Source: an uncultured bacterium (lineage in GTDB: Bacteria; RBG-13-61-14; CAYWKU01). From it: a stretch of 64,000 bases of DNA. A model generated the notes under the pieces. It was given only the letters and a program-made list of their open reading frames with translations. It was not told the DNA's origin and did no database searches. Location: positions 83,422-147,421 of the forward strand of contig CAYWKU010000007.1 of the NCBI GenBank assembly GCA_964459325.1, written 5' to 3'. Position 1 is the stretch's first letter. Each line of letters opens with the position of its first letter. A program made the translations under genes and the position numbers. Positions 1 to 9,123 of the stretch are shown one piece after another.

Positions 1-308
1 CGGATAACGCCGGCGAATGGCCCCTATGCGTTTCTCGCCGGGCTCGTTGGAAGGAGCCGGGCGCCAGCTTCTTTCAACTTTGAATTCATCCGCTGTCGGC
101 TCGGCCCCCGCCTTTGCGGTGAGTCGGAAGAAGCCGGACACGCTCCGGATGGCACGGCGGCGGATAACACGCGGAATGCCCCGATTAATCAGGATTCGCT
201 CGAAAGCCGCCTTCTGAGCCCGCTTCTGCACCCCTTGAAACTGGTTGACTATACGGTCCAAAATCACCTTAAACCCTTTTGCAGGGAAGGTTACTTGCGC
301 CCGGTAAA

Positions 309-420
309 AATGTCCAGAGGGGTTGTAAGGCGAAAACCCTCAATTGAGGGTGTGAAATAAGTTGACTTAAAATCTTGTCCTGAAATCCCGCAATGTCCAG
401 TGGGGTTGTAAGAGGAAACT
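309..420. repeat. Two imperfect 28-bp direct repeats upstream of the GMC oxidoreductase operon
   Basis: AATGTCCAGAGGGGTTGTAAGGCGAAAAC (309-336) and AATGTCCAGTGGGGTTGTAAGAGGAAAC (393-420), about 84 bp apart, just upstream of the start at 480. Confidence 0.55.
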
Positions 421-479
421 TCTGCGTTTATAGTCGTCCTGCACACTTTGAACCGTCCTTTTTGCGAAACGGAGGGAAA

Positions 480-995
480 ATGTTCTGGACAGGATTGATT
501 GTCGGAATAGTCGGCTCCTGGCTGGTCAGGGAGCTCTTTCTCGGGTATATCGCGCCTCCCACCGGCTTCAAGCGCCTGGGCAGGAAAGGCTATGCGGTAG
601 TCCGTGCGATAGGCGAAGCGTTGCTACCGGAAGGGGGGGACATTCCTTATTCTGCGGAGCAGGCCGATGTACCTCAGTTCGTGGACAACTACCTCGACGG
701 CGTGCCCACCCTCACCCGCCGGCTGATACACATGCTCTTCTTTCTTATGGAACACGCCACCTACATATTCGCCTTCACCACCCGCCGCCTTTCCGAGATG
801 GACGTGGACGCCCGGATACGCTACCTCGAGGGATGGGAAAACAGCCGCCTTTACGCGCGCAGGTTGGCCTTTACCAGCCTCCGGGCCATATACGGCATGG
901 CCTACCTGGCCCACCCGGATGTCGAGAAGGCCATGGGGATAGATATAAACCGCAGGTGCCGAGAAGCGCTTGTCGTTGAAAGGAAGCGCGCATGA
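480..995 (+). CDS. Small membrane-anchored protein, gluconate 2-dehydrogenase subunit 3-like; probable partner subunit of the downstream GMC oxidoreductase
   Basis: ORF 393..995; preferred ATG at 480 preceded by GGAGGG; N-terminal hydrophobic helix (FWTGLIVGIVGSWLV); stop overlaps the downstream start (ATGA at 992-995). Family assignment is from overall resemblance only. Confidence 0.5.
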   Translation: MFWTGLIVGIVGSWLVRELFLGYIAPPTGFKRLGRKGYAVVRAIGEALLPEGGDIPYSAEQADVPQFVDNYLDGVPTLTRRLIHMLFFLMEHATYIFAFTTRRLSEMDVDARIRYLEGWENSRLYARRLAFTSLRAIYGMAYLAHPDVEKAMGIDINRRCREALVVERKRA

Positions 996-2536
996 ATACC
1001 GAATCGCCCAATCCCCACGAGCACGTAAAAAGGTTCCGTGATTATGACCGGGATATGAAAGACAGTTGCGATTTCCTTATCGTCGGCTCCGGTCCCGCCG
1101 GCTCGGTGGCGGTTAAAGAGCTTTCGGAAGCGGGATACGACGTGGTGTTGCTGGAGGAAGGTCATCCCGTGGGGCCGGAGGATTTCGTCAGGGAAGGCTC
1201 CCGCTCCATGATGAGGCTGATGAAGGAAGCCGGCGTGCGCTCCACCCTGGGAAACATCGCCATGCCCACTATGCAGGCGATTTGCCTGGGAGGCGGTTCC
1301 CTCATCAACAGCGCCATTTGCATACGGGCGCCCGAGTTCGTGTTCGAAAGATGGCGCAAAGAATGCGGCATCGAATGGGCGAGCCGGGCCGAGCTGGACC
1401 CTCACTACGATAAAATCGCGGAATACTGGGGAGTTCAGCCCACCCCGGAAGACGTGCAGGGCCGCCGCAATCTCCTGTTCAAAGAAGCATGCGACAACCT
1501 GGGCATCGAAAGCCACCCCAACGACCGGAACGTGCAGGGGTGCAAGGCTTGCGCCGAATGCTTCACCGGTTGCCCCACCCGCGCCAAAAAGAGCACCGAC
1601 GTGGTGTTCATACCCGACGCCATACGCAACGGCGCCCGCGTCTATGCCAACATGCGGGCGGAAAAGCTGATAATAGAAGGTAACCGCGTGGCCGGAATAC
1701 ATGCCCGCGCGGCGGATAACTGGACAAAGCGCACCGGCCACTCGCTCGAAGTGCGTGCCAAATGCACCATCCTCGCCGCCGGGGTCGTTGGAACTCCCAC
1801 GTTGTTGCAGAAAAACGGCAATGCCGCCAACTCCTCCGGTTGGGTGGGCAAAAACCTCGTATTCCATCCCGGCGGGGCTATTATGGGAATTTTCGACGAG
1901 GAGGTCAACCCGTGGGACGGGGCGACTCAGGGGTACTCCTCCATCGAGTACCTCGAGCAGGGCTTCAAGCTGGAATCGTTGTGGGCGCCGCCGGCGGTGC
2001 TGGCCGTCAGGTTTCCCGACTTCGGCTATGACTTCAAATCCCACATAGCCAAGTACAAGCACATGGCGCCCTGGGTGGCGGTGATAAGCGGGCAGTCGCA
2101 GGGCCAGGTGCGCGCCCGAAAGAGAGGCTGGGACCCGCTGCTCAAATATAACCAGAGCCAGGAGGATGCTAATAGAATCAGGGAAGGCCTGTCCAAGGTG
2201 GCGCAGCTTTTCGAAGCCGCCGGGGCTCATTCGATGCTGCCCGGAGTGCACGGGCTGCCCACCGTCATGAAAACCGAAGGCGCTCCGAAAAAGATACTGG
2301 AAACAAAGTTGAAGCCGGCGGACATGGTCAGCGCCGCCAGCCACGTCTTCGGCACTACCAAAATGGGCGCCGACCCATCGAACAGCGTGGTGGACCCTTC
2401 GGGTAAAACTCACGACCTCGACGACCTGTACATAGTGGACACCGGCATCATGCCCATCTGCACCAGCGTTAACCCCATGTTCACCATCATGGCCATAAGC
2501 GATAAGATATGCCGGGGACTCAGGGAAAGATATTAA
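992..2536 (+). CDS. GMC-family FAD-dependent oxidoreductase (choline dehydrogenase-like)
   Basis: N-terminal Rossmann FAD motif DFLIVGSGPAGSVAVKELSEAGYDVVLLEEG; C-terminal GMC signature region (HVFGTTKMGADPSNSVVDPSGKTHDLDDLYIVDTGIMP); 514 aa. Confidence 0.85.
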   Translation: MNTESPNPHEHVKRFRDYDRDMKDSCDFLIVGSGPAGSVAVKELSEAGYDVVLLEEGHPVGPEDFVREGSRSMMRLMKEAGVRSTLGNIAMPTMQAICLGGGSLINSAICIRAPEFVFERWRKECGIEWASRAELDPHYDKIAEYWGVQPTPEDVQGRRNLLFKEACDNLGIESHPNDRNVQGCKACAECFTGCPTRAKKSTDVVFIPDAIRNGARVYANMRAEKLIIEGNRVAGIHARAADNWTKRTGHSLEVRAKCTILAAGVVGTPTLLQKNGNAANSSGWVGKNLVFHPGGAIMGIFDEEVNPWDGATQGYSSIEYLEQGFKLESLWAPPAVLAVRFPDFGYDFKSHIAKYKHMAPWVAVISGQSQGQVRARKRGWDPLLKYNQSQEDANRIREGLSKVAQLFEAAGAHSMLPGVHGLPTVMKTEGAPKKILETKLKPADMVSAASHVFGTTKMGADPSNSVVDPSGKTHDLDDLYIVDTGIMPICTSVNPMFTIMAISDKICRGLRERY

Positions 2537-2545
2537 ACTGTTAGT

Positions 2546-2619
2546 GGGAGCGACCTCCCGGCCTCGCCCGTAAGGCTACAGCCGGGGTCGCGACCTTCTT
2601 AATCGAGACCACAGGTCTC
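2546..2619. repeat. Dispersed hairpin repeat family, locus 1 (intergenic, after the GMC oxidoreductase gene)
   Basis: GGGAG-cgac-CTCCC hairpin, CCCGTAAGGCTACAGCCGGGGTCGCGACC (reverse complement of 21681-21707), GAGACC-aca-GGTCTC palindrome. Confidence 0.6.
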
Positions 2620-2854
2620 TCCAACTTTATAAGAGGGGCAACCACTGAACCGGGTTCATCAACGAGTTCGCCTCTACCCTTGCCCAAAAAGTTAAATTGT
2701 TTTAGTATTTTATACTTCGCGATAAATCAGGGTTATACTGTTGAGAATCGAAAAGAGGTGGATTTCCGGAAGACAAGGGGCTTAAGCCCCTTGTCCGGCG
2801 CACTCAAAAACTGTGTTGAATCAAAAACTATAATTAAAACAAGGAGTGGCAATA

Positions 2855-4894
2855 ATGGAATTGGCGCAAAGAATTCTGGTTTTCCTCATGTTGGTGGGCA
2901 GTGTGGTTTACTTTTTCTATCGTCTCTGGAAGCTGGAACTCAGGCTTGTTCTGCAGGGAGACAAGGAAAAGCGAACCGACAATATCGGAACGAGGATAAT
3001 ATCCCTGATTCGTGACGTTATTCTCCAGCGCAAGCTTTTCTTCAGACCCTACTCGCTGTCCGGCACCCTTCACGCTTTCGTCTTCTGGGGATTTCTGATT
3101 ATCGGCATACAAACACTTAACTTTCTTATCGAAAGCGTCGCCGGTTTCAACGTGGTGGCTCACACGCTCCCGCAGCTCAACGTCCTCTTCGACATAATGA
3201 CCGCGCTGGTTATCGTCTCGGTAATTTACTTCATCTACAACCGGCTGGTTAACAAGCCGCTGCGGCTGGAGCTGAGCAGCGACGCCCTGATAATCCTCGT
3301 CTTCATCGGCCTTTTGATGGTTACCGACGTCCTCATGGACGGCGCCGCTTACGCCTTGGGAACCACGGAACACGCCTGGACGACCGACCTGGCTTTCTTC
3401 GGAGGCGCAATCCGCGGCCTGCTTTCCGGGGTCGGCGATACCGGCAATTACGTGATATGGGCGGTAAACAAATGGGTGCACCTGGGCATTTTCTTGAGCT
3501 TCCTTATCTATCTTCCTTTCTCCAAGCACGGCCACCTCATGTTCGCGCCGTTCAACGGCTTCTTCCAGGAGCTTACCCCCAAGGGCCGGCTCCGCCCCAT
3601 CGAAAACATGGAAGAGATAATGGAATCGGACAACCCCACCTTCGGCAAGCACAAAATCGAAGAGTTCTCCTGGAAGCAGCTCCTGGACCTGTTTAGTTGC
3701 TCCGAATGCGGCCGCTGCAGCGACAATTGCCCCGCCCAGATAACCGGCAAGAAGCTGAGCCCCAAGTACCTGATGATAGACATGAAGCACCACCTCCAGG
3801 AGGTGGGTTACGTGGCCGACGGAAGCGGCGGCTCGGACGAAGAGGGCCTGACCAACTCCGACGGCAGCCGGCGCAAGGACCTGATTACCGAAGTCGTGGA
3901 CACCGACGTCATCTGGGCCTGCACAACATGCCGCGCGTGCCAGGAGTTCTGCCCGGTGCTCAACGAGCACATCATGGACATCGTAGACATGCGCCGCTAC
4001 AAGGTGCTCATGGAAGGCGACTTCCCCGCCGAAGCCCAGACGGCCCTGCGAAACATGGAAAACAACTCCAACCCGTGGGGCGTCGGATACAGCGAGCGGG
4101 CCAACTGGGGCCAGGACCTCGACATCCCCATCATGGGCGAGCTGGAAAACCCGCAGGAGGTGGAGTACCTGTTCTTCGCAGGCTGCGCCGCATCGTTCGA
4201 CGACGCCAACAAGAAAATCGCCCGGGCGGTGGTGAAACTGCTCAAGCGCGCGGGCGTCAGTTTCGCATACCTGGGCGTCGAGGAGCAGTGCTGCTTCGAA
4301 ACCGCGCGGCGTATCGGGAACGAGTACCTGTTCCAGGAAATGGCCAAGGCCAACATCGAGCTGTTCCAGAGCTACGGTGTGAAGAAGATAATCACCGCCT
4401 GCCCGCACGGTTATAACACCCTCAAGAACGAATATCCCCAGTTCGGCGGAAACTTCGAAGTATACCACCACACCGAAATACTGGACGACCTTATCAGGAA
4501 GGGGAAACTCAAACCCACCGAGCCGGTCAACGAGACCGTCACCATCCACGACTCCTGCTACCTGGGCCGTCACAACGACGTCTACGAGCAGCCGCGCAAT
4601 ATCCTGAAATCCATCCCCGGCTTGAAGCTGGTGGAAATGGACCGCAATCACCGGCGAAGCCTCTGCTGCGGCGCGGGCGGCGGGCGCATGTGGATGGAGG
4701 AGCACGAGGGGGTCAGGATTAACAATGTGCGTACCGAAGCCGCCCTGAACACCGGCGCATCGTGCGTGGCCACCGCGTGCCCCTACTGCGTGGCAATGTT
4801 CGACGAGGGGATAAAGAACTTCGAGAAGGAAGAAACATTCAAGCTCAACGACGTAGCGGAACTGCTGGAAAAAAGCCTCAAGCCCGAAGAATAA
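2855..4894 (+). CDS. Membrane-bound Fe-S oxidoreductase: polytopic N-terminal membrane domain fused to an HdrD/GlpC/DsrK-like domain with two ferredoxin-type 4Fe-4S motifs and two CCG-type cysteine-rich motifs
   Basis: ATG at 2855 with AAGGAG 8 nt upstream (ORF track begins at GTG 2846). Several hydrophobic helices in the first ~230 aa; CSECGRCSDNCP and CTTCRACQEFCP motifs; cysteine-rich motifs EEQCCFETARR and LCCGAGGG...ACPYC. Confidence 0.8.
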   Translation: MELAQRILVFLMLVGSVVYFFYRLWKLELRLVLQGDKEKRTDNIGTRIISLIRDVILQRKLFFRPYSLSGTLHAFVFWGFLIIGIQTLNFLIESVAGFNVVAHTLPQLNVLFDIMTALVIVSVIYFIYNRLVNKPLRLELSSDALIILVFIGLLMVTDVLMDGAAYALGTTEHAWTTDLAFFGGAIRGLLSGVGDTGNYVIWAVNKWVHLGIFLSFLIYLPFSKHGHLMFAPFNGFFQELTPKGRLRPIENMEEIMESDNPTFGKHKIEEFSWKQLLDLFSCSECGRCSDNCPAQITGKKLSPKYLMIDMKHHLQEVGYVADGSGGSDEEGLTNSDGSRRKDLITEVVDTDVIWACTTCRACQEFCPVLNEHIMDIVDMRRYKVLMEGDFPAEAQTALRNMENNSNPWGVGYSERANWGQDLDIPIMGELENPQEVEYLFFAGCAASFDDANKKIARAVVKLLKRAGVSFAYLGVEEQCCFETARRIGNEYLFQEMAKANIELFQSYGVKKIITACPHGYNTLKNEYPQFGGNFEVYHHTEILDDLIRKGKLKPTEPVNETVTIHDSCYLGRHNDVYEQPRNILKSIPGLKLVEMDRNHRRSLCCGAGGGRMWMEEHEGVRINNVRTEAALNTGASCVATACPYCVAMFDEGIKNFEKEETFKLNDVAELLEKSLKPEE

Positions 4895-4921
4895 TCCTTA
4901 AATTACAGCCGATTGAATCAA

Positions 4922-4951
4922 GGCCCGGTTCCCAATGAGCCGGGCTTTTTT
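4922..4951 (+). terminator. Rho-independent terminator candidate after the Fe-S oxidoreductase gene
   Basis: GGCCCGG-ttcccaatga-CCGGGC hairpin followed directly by TTTTTT, about 30 nt past the stop at 4894. Confidence 0.6.
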
Positions 4952-4960
4952 ACATGTGCG

Positions 4961-5088
4961 CCCGGCAGGGGCATGCCCCCGGACTTACTTCCGGGGTTTC
5001 CATAATGGTAGGCCCGACACTCCTGTCGGGCACACTCAAAGGCCACCGTGGAATGGGCGGCAAGAGTGCCGCCCCTACCGTGCCCGGG
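4961..5088. repeat. Dispersed hairpin repeat family, locus 2 (between the Fe-S oxidoreductase and acyl-CoA dehydrogenase genes)
   Basis: GGTAGGCCCGACACTCCTGTCGGG (5003-5031) and GGCAAGAGTGCCGCCCCTACC (5057-5082) are opposite-orientation copies of the unit seen at 21765-21826; GGGGCATGCCCC palindrome at ~4968. Confidence 0.6.
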
Positions 5089-5247
5089 AGTACGGAGTGC
5101 GGACAACCCCATCGTTATATGTCGGCCTGTCTGTAAGGACAACAAGAAACCTTGCCTTTCCCTTTCCCCCGCATCCCCTTGCGCCGCCCGTGCGATAAGC
5201 CTATACTGGACTTTCCTGAAAAATTAAATTTTCGATGGAGAGGGAAA

Positions 5248-6387
5248 ATGGAGTTTAGCGACGAGCTTAAGATGGTTCGCGACGAAACCCGCAAGTTCGT
5301 TGACCGGGAGATTATACCGAGGGAGATGGAAATCGAGGAGGCGGACGCGGTGCCGCCGGACATCGTAAGCAAGCTGAGGGAGCTTGGCTACTTCGGCATC
5401 AAAACCCCGCCCGAATACGGCGGCCTGGGGCTGGGACTGACCGGATACTGCGTGGTGCAGGAACAGCTCGGGCGAACTCACCCCGCCGTAAACCTCATCA
5501 TCAGCGGCAACAACTCAATAGGCGCAATGGGTATACTAAACGACGGCTCCGACGAGCAGAAGCGCCGCTACCTGCCGAAACTGGCCTCCGGCGAATGGAT
5601 AGCCGCCCTGGCGCTTACCGAACCCGGCGCCGGGAGCGACGCCGCCTCCATCAAAACAAGAGCCGAAAAGAAGGGCGACAAGTGGGTAATCAACGGCGCC
5701 AAGCACTTCATCACCCGCGCGGACATCGCCGACGTGTTCACGGTAATGGCGGTTACCGACAAGGAGAAAGGCCCGAAGGGCGGCATCACCGCGTTTGTGG
5801 TGGAAAAGGGAACGCCGGGCTTCGGCATCTCCAAGCCGCAACACAGCATGGGGTCGGATACGGTGCGCCAGTGCGAAGTTTATTTCGACGATTGCGAAGT
5901 TCCCGAAGAAAATGTTATCGGCGAAGTGGGGTTCGGGTTTCGCGTGGTGATGAAAGTGCTGGAGGATGGCCGCATCGGCCAGGCCGCGCGGGCGCTGGGC
6001 GCCATGAGAAGGCTGCTCGATTTGAGCACCGACTGGGCGAAGCAGAGGGTGCAGTTCGGCAAACCAATCTCCGAACGGCAGGCCATCCAGTGGATGCTGG
6101 CCGACATTGCCCGTGACATCTACGCTTCCGAGTGCATGGTCTACGACGCCGCCGGGCGAAAGGACGAAGGCGAGAGACTCCCGAAGCAGGCGGCGATAGC
6201 GAAGCTGTTCGCCAGCGAAGCCGCATTTCGCGCGGCCGACAACGCTTTGCAGATTCACGGCGGCACCGGCTACATGAAGGATTCGCCGGTGGAGTTTTTC
6301 TTCCGGGAGCTGAGGCTGCTCAGGATTATCGAGGGCACCAGCGAAATACAGCGGATGGTCATATCCCGGGAAGTTCTGAAAGAGTAA
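5248..6387 (+). CDS. Acyl-CoA dehydrogenase
   Basis: ATG at 5248 after a GGAGAGGG purine-rich stretch; typical ACAD sequence throughout (ALALTEPGAGSDAASIKTRAEKKGDKWVINGAKHFITRA, QIHGGTGYMKDSPVEFFFRELRLLRIIEGTSEIQRMVISREVL). Confidence 0.9.
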   Translation: MEFSDELKMVRDETRKFVDREIIPREMEIEEADAVPPDIVSKLRELGYFGIKTPPEYGGLGLGLTGYCVVQEQLGRTHPAVNLIISGNNSIGAMGILNDGSDEQKRRYLPKLASGEWIAALALTEPGAGSDAASIKTRAEKKGDKWVINGAKHFITRADIADVFTVMAVTDKEKGPKGGITAFVVEKGTPGFGISKPQHSMGSDTVRQCEVYFDDCEVPEENVIGEVGFGFRVVMKVLEDGRIGQAARALGAMRRLLDLSTDWAKQRVQFGKPISERQAIQWMLADIARDIYASECMVYDAAGRKDEGERLPKQAAIAKLFASEAAFRAADNALQIHGGTGYMKDSPVEFFFRELRLLRIIEGTSEIQRMVISREVLKE

Positions 6388-6444
6388 ATCGTTTGAGTCA
6401 CGGTATTCCCGCATGGGCGTAGCCATGCCCGGGGAAATGGGGGC

Positions 6445-8949
6445 TTACCGCAGGGAGTAGGGCGGAGCTTCGGGGCCGCCGTAGGCGCCCATGTCGTTGC
6501 GCGAGCCGTCGGGGTCGTCGTACTCGGCCGCCGGGTCGCCCGCATTTATGCAGGGTGAGTCGGGCGCGAGGCGGTAATCTTCGGTCAAATCGACGGCTCC
6601 CGCCCCCCAGTTTTCCACCGTCATGCGGGATGTGGTGGCGGCGGGCAACGCCGGGCTGAACTCCACCGTGTCCCCTCCGGTGATAGCAGTAACGGTTCGG
6701 GCCGTGCCGTCTCCCTCCAGCTCGATAACGTCACCCACCTTATAAAGCGAGGCGTCGTTGACTTTTATAGTGTTATCGGCGCCATCGGCCACAGTTCTAT
6801 CCCAGAAAATGGGAGCGTTGACAAACAACGGTGGCGCATCGATATTGCCTGACCCCCCATATCCCCCGGTGATGTCGCTATAAGCTACCTTGATGTCGCC
6901 GGTTCCCTCGATTTCCGCGGCGGCCGATGAACAGCCTTCCCAAAGGATGGAATTGCGCACCGACACTTCGGAATTCTCGGCGTATACGGCGTTTCCCCTG
7001 TTTTCGGCGAGGTTGCCGTTGAAGGTGCAGTTGGTGACCTCGACTTCACCTTTTATATCCGCCAGAGCCGCGCCTTCCCGCGATACGCCGTTTCCGGCGA
7101 AAACGCTGTTTTCGATTATCGTTCCGCTTCTGTAGCCGTAAATTGCCGAGCCGGATTGATAGGCGGAATTGCCAAGAAAATAACAATTGGATATTTTCAT
7201 TATACCCTTTTCATTGTAAACGGCCCCGCCCAAGCTGGTCCAGGATTGAGCGGATGCGCGGTTATTGAAGAAAGCGCAGTTGGCGACTTCCAGGCGCCTG
7301 CCTCTTACGTTCAACAATCCCGCGCCCTTATTTGCATAACTATAAGATATCCTTGCGTCGCCGTTTTTCACAATGAATCCGTCCAGCCGGGCATTTGAGG
7401 CTCCGTCGACGACGTGAAAGCTCCTGCCTTCCCCGTCGAGGACAGAAGGATACTCGAATGGATTTCCCCTTTCCGAAAGCTTCGTTTCGTTGCCTTCGAA
7501 TCCGCCGTAAACGTACACACCCTTATTCATCGAGACTACCGGCTTATTTTTCACGGGAGTGTAAACTCCCTCGGCAACCCAGATCTCATCGCCGGTAATT
7601 GCGGCGTCCGTCGCAAGCTGTATGCGGGTGAAGGCGTTATTCCAGGATTCGCCCGAGCCGTCTCCGGCCGCGTCATCGTCCACGTACCACACCTTCGAGC
7701 AATCGGTGGAGGATACGAATTCATCCCACCGGGTGTCTTCGGCGAATCGATGCCGGTTATAGTCTTCCATGTAAAAATCCGCCGGTGGAAAGTATATTGA
7801 AAGCCCGTTGGCGTCGGGGATGAAGCTTCTGTTATATAAAACCGCCTCGTCGATAGCCCGCATGGTGCTTTCGGCGCCGGTAAGCATTTGCGGGGGAATA
7901 TCCGAAGAAAGTAGCAGCGAGGCGAAGTGATACAAATCCATCACCGCGACGCTGCCGAAGCGCTGCACGCTGCGCCAGGCATTGCATATTTCGCCCGGAT
8001 AGTCGGTCTTTGCGAGCGATAATTGCCCGGCCATCGAATCCGCGCCCTCGGCCACCCGGTCGACTGCGGCCATATCCAGGGTGGATATCGTTAATATGTC
8101 GGGGGATTTATGATACTCGACGTAAGTATCGGAGATAATTCTCCCCAGCTCGGCCGTGCTCATCAGCGGGTCCAGCGCCAGCGGCCTGAGCCAGTTTTCG
8201 TAAGCCAGTCCCGGCACTTTGGGCAGGGATATGTAACCCTTGGCCTGCTTGGCCACCATGTATTCGGTGTAATCCTTCATGAAGTATACGTTCGCGGCCT
8301 GTTGTTGGGCGCATGCGCTGAATGCCACCAAATCCAGTGAATCCAGGCCGGTGCGGGTCAGGGCGCCATTAATCGCCGCTTCGGTCTCCTGAAAGTTGAG
8401 TATGTCGTAATCGCTGGTTTCGTCCTGCGAAGTGCCCCCCCAACCGAAACCGTGGTCCCAGATTACAAGGAGGTATCTGTTGGCGGGATAACTTATTACC
8501 GACCGGGCGATGAAGTCCTCCAGGGTTTGAGCCTCGGCCATATTAAGCTCACCCGCCTCCCGGAGCAGGGTGGAGTTGATGGTGTCCGGGAAGCCGTCCG
8601 GCTCGACGTAATAAAGCCTGGTTCCGGCCCAGTCGCCATTGGAGGCGTCGTAATCGTCTATCCGGTCGAAAAGGACAATTATGTTGATGTTGGAATCGCT
8701 ACCGACCCTTTCCATGAGGTTGAAGGCGTCTATTGCAAATGGCTCCAGGTCGTTGTCGCCGTCCATGTAGACCATCACGGTCCATTCCTTTTTGTCCGGG
8801 CTTTCGGCCTGATACGGGGTGACACGTTCGCCGTCGGAGGTATTACTCCATAAATTACCCACGGAATCGGAGCCGCACCCGAGGAAAATGAGGGTTTGAA
8901 AAATAAAAAAGAGGCCAAAGGCCCCTTTGATTCTGCCGCAAACGGCCAT
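6445..8949 (-). CDS. Secreted lipoprotein: clostripain-family (peptidase C11-like) N-terminal domain fused to a right-handed beta-helix repeat region
   Basis: Signal peptide with lipobox-like LIFLGC; WTVMVYMDGDNDLE and VIWDHGFGWGG motifs typical of C11/clostripain-like proteins; C-terminal repeated N-x-[ST]/G-N units (NCAFFNNRASA, NCYFLGNSAYQ, NCTFNGNLAENRGNAVYAENS) typical of parallel beta-helix. Confidence 0.6.
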   Translation of the reverse strand: MAVCGRIKGAFGLFFIFQTLIFLGCGSDSVGNLWSNTSDGERVTPYQAESPDKKEWTVMVYMDGDNDLEPFAIDAFNLMERVGSDSNINIIVLFDRIDDYDASNGDWAGTRLYYVEPDGFPDTINSTLLREAGELNMAEAQTLEDFIARSVISYPANRYLLVIWDHGFGWGGTSQDETSDYDILNFQETEAAINGALTRTGLDSLDLVAFSACAQQQAANVYFMKDYTEYMVAKQAKGYISLPKVPGLAYENWLRPLALDPLMSTAELGRIISDTYVEYHKSPDILTISTLDMAAVDRVAEGADSMAGQLSLAKTDYPGEICNAWRSVQRFGSVAVMDLYHFASLLLSSDIPPQMLTGAESTMRAIDEAVLYNRSFIPDANGLSIYFPPADFYMEDYNRHRFAEDTRWDEFVSSTDCSKVWYVDDDAAGDGSGESWNNAFTRIQLATDAAITGDEIWVAEGVYTPVKNKPVVSMNKGVYVYGGFEGNETKLSERGNPFEYPSVLDGEGRSFHVVDGASNARLDGFIVKNGDARISYSYANKGAGLLNVRGRRLEVANCAFFNNRASAQSWTSLGGAVYNEKGIMKISNCYFLGNSAYQSGSAIYGYRSGTIIENSVFAGNGVSREGAALADIKGEVEVTNCTFNGNLAENRGNAVYAENSEVSVRNSILWEGCSSAAAEIEGTGDIKVAYSDITGGYGGSGNIDAPPLFVNAPIFWDRTVADGADNTIKVNDASLYKVGDVIELEGDGTARTVTAITGGDTVEFSPALPAATTSRMTVENWGAGAVDLTEDYRLAPDSPCINAGDPAAEYDDPDGSRNDMGAYGGPEAPPYSLR

Positions 8950-9123
8950 ATTCCTTGCCTACAACCTCCCCACTCTTTAGGCTAATCATTTTATCCTGTA
9001 TTTTCAATGAAATTCCACAAAGTTGAGGAATATTCTACAGTCTTACTACAGCTTGTGTTGACATCCATCGGCCATCGATTACCCTAACCGCGACTTAACA
9101 AATCCGGCAGGGAGAGATTCATA

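Noticed and set aside
309-420. Possible mini-CRISPR array (two 28-bp repeats)
   Set aside because: Only two imperfect copies, a 56-bp spacer and no cas genes in the window; better explained as promoter-proximal direct repeats.
902-2413. 503-aa minus-strand ORF antisense to the GMC oxidoreductase gene
   Set aside because: Low-complexity Gly/Ala/Arg/His-rich translation with no recognisable domain, fully overlapping a well-supported gene; typical antisense open frame in high-GC DNA.
3697-4416. 239-aa Arg/Pro/Gly-rich plus-strand ORF inside the Fe-S oxidoreductase gene
   Set aside because: Out-of-frame overlap with a well-supported gene and extreme low-complexity composition.
2834-4705. 623-aa minus-strand ORF antisense to the Fe-S oxidoreductase gene
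   Set aside because: No domain-like sequence and overlaps a gene with strong motif support on the other strand.
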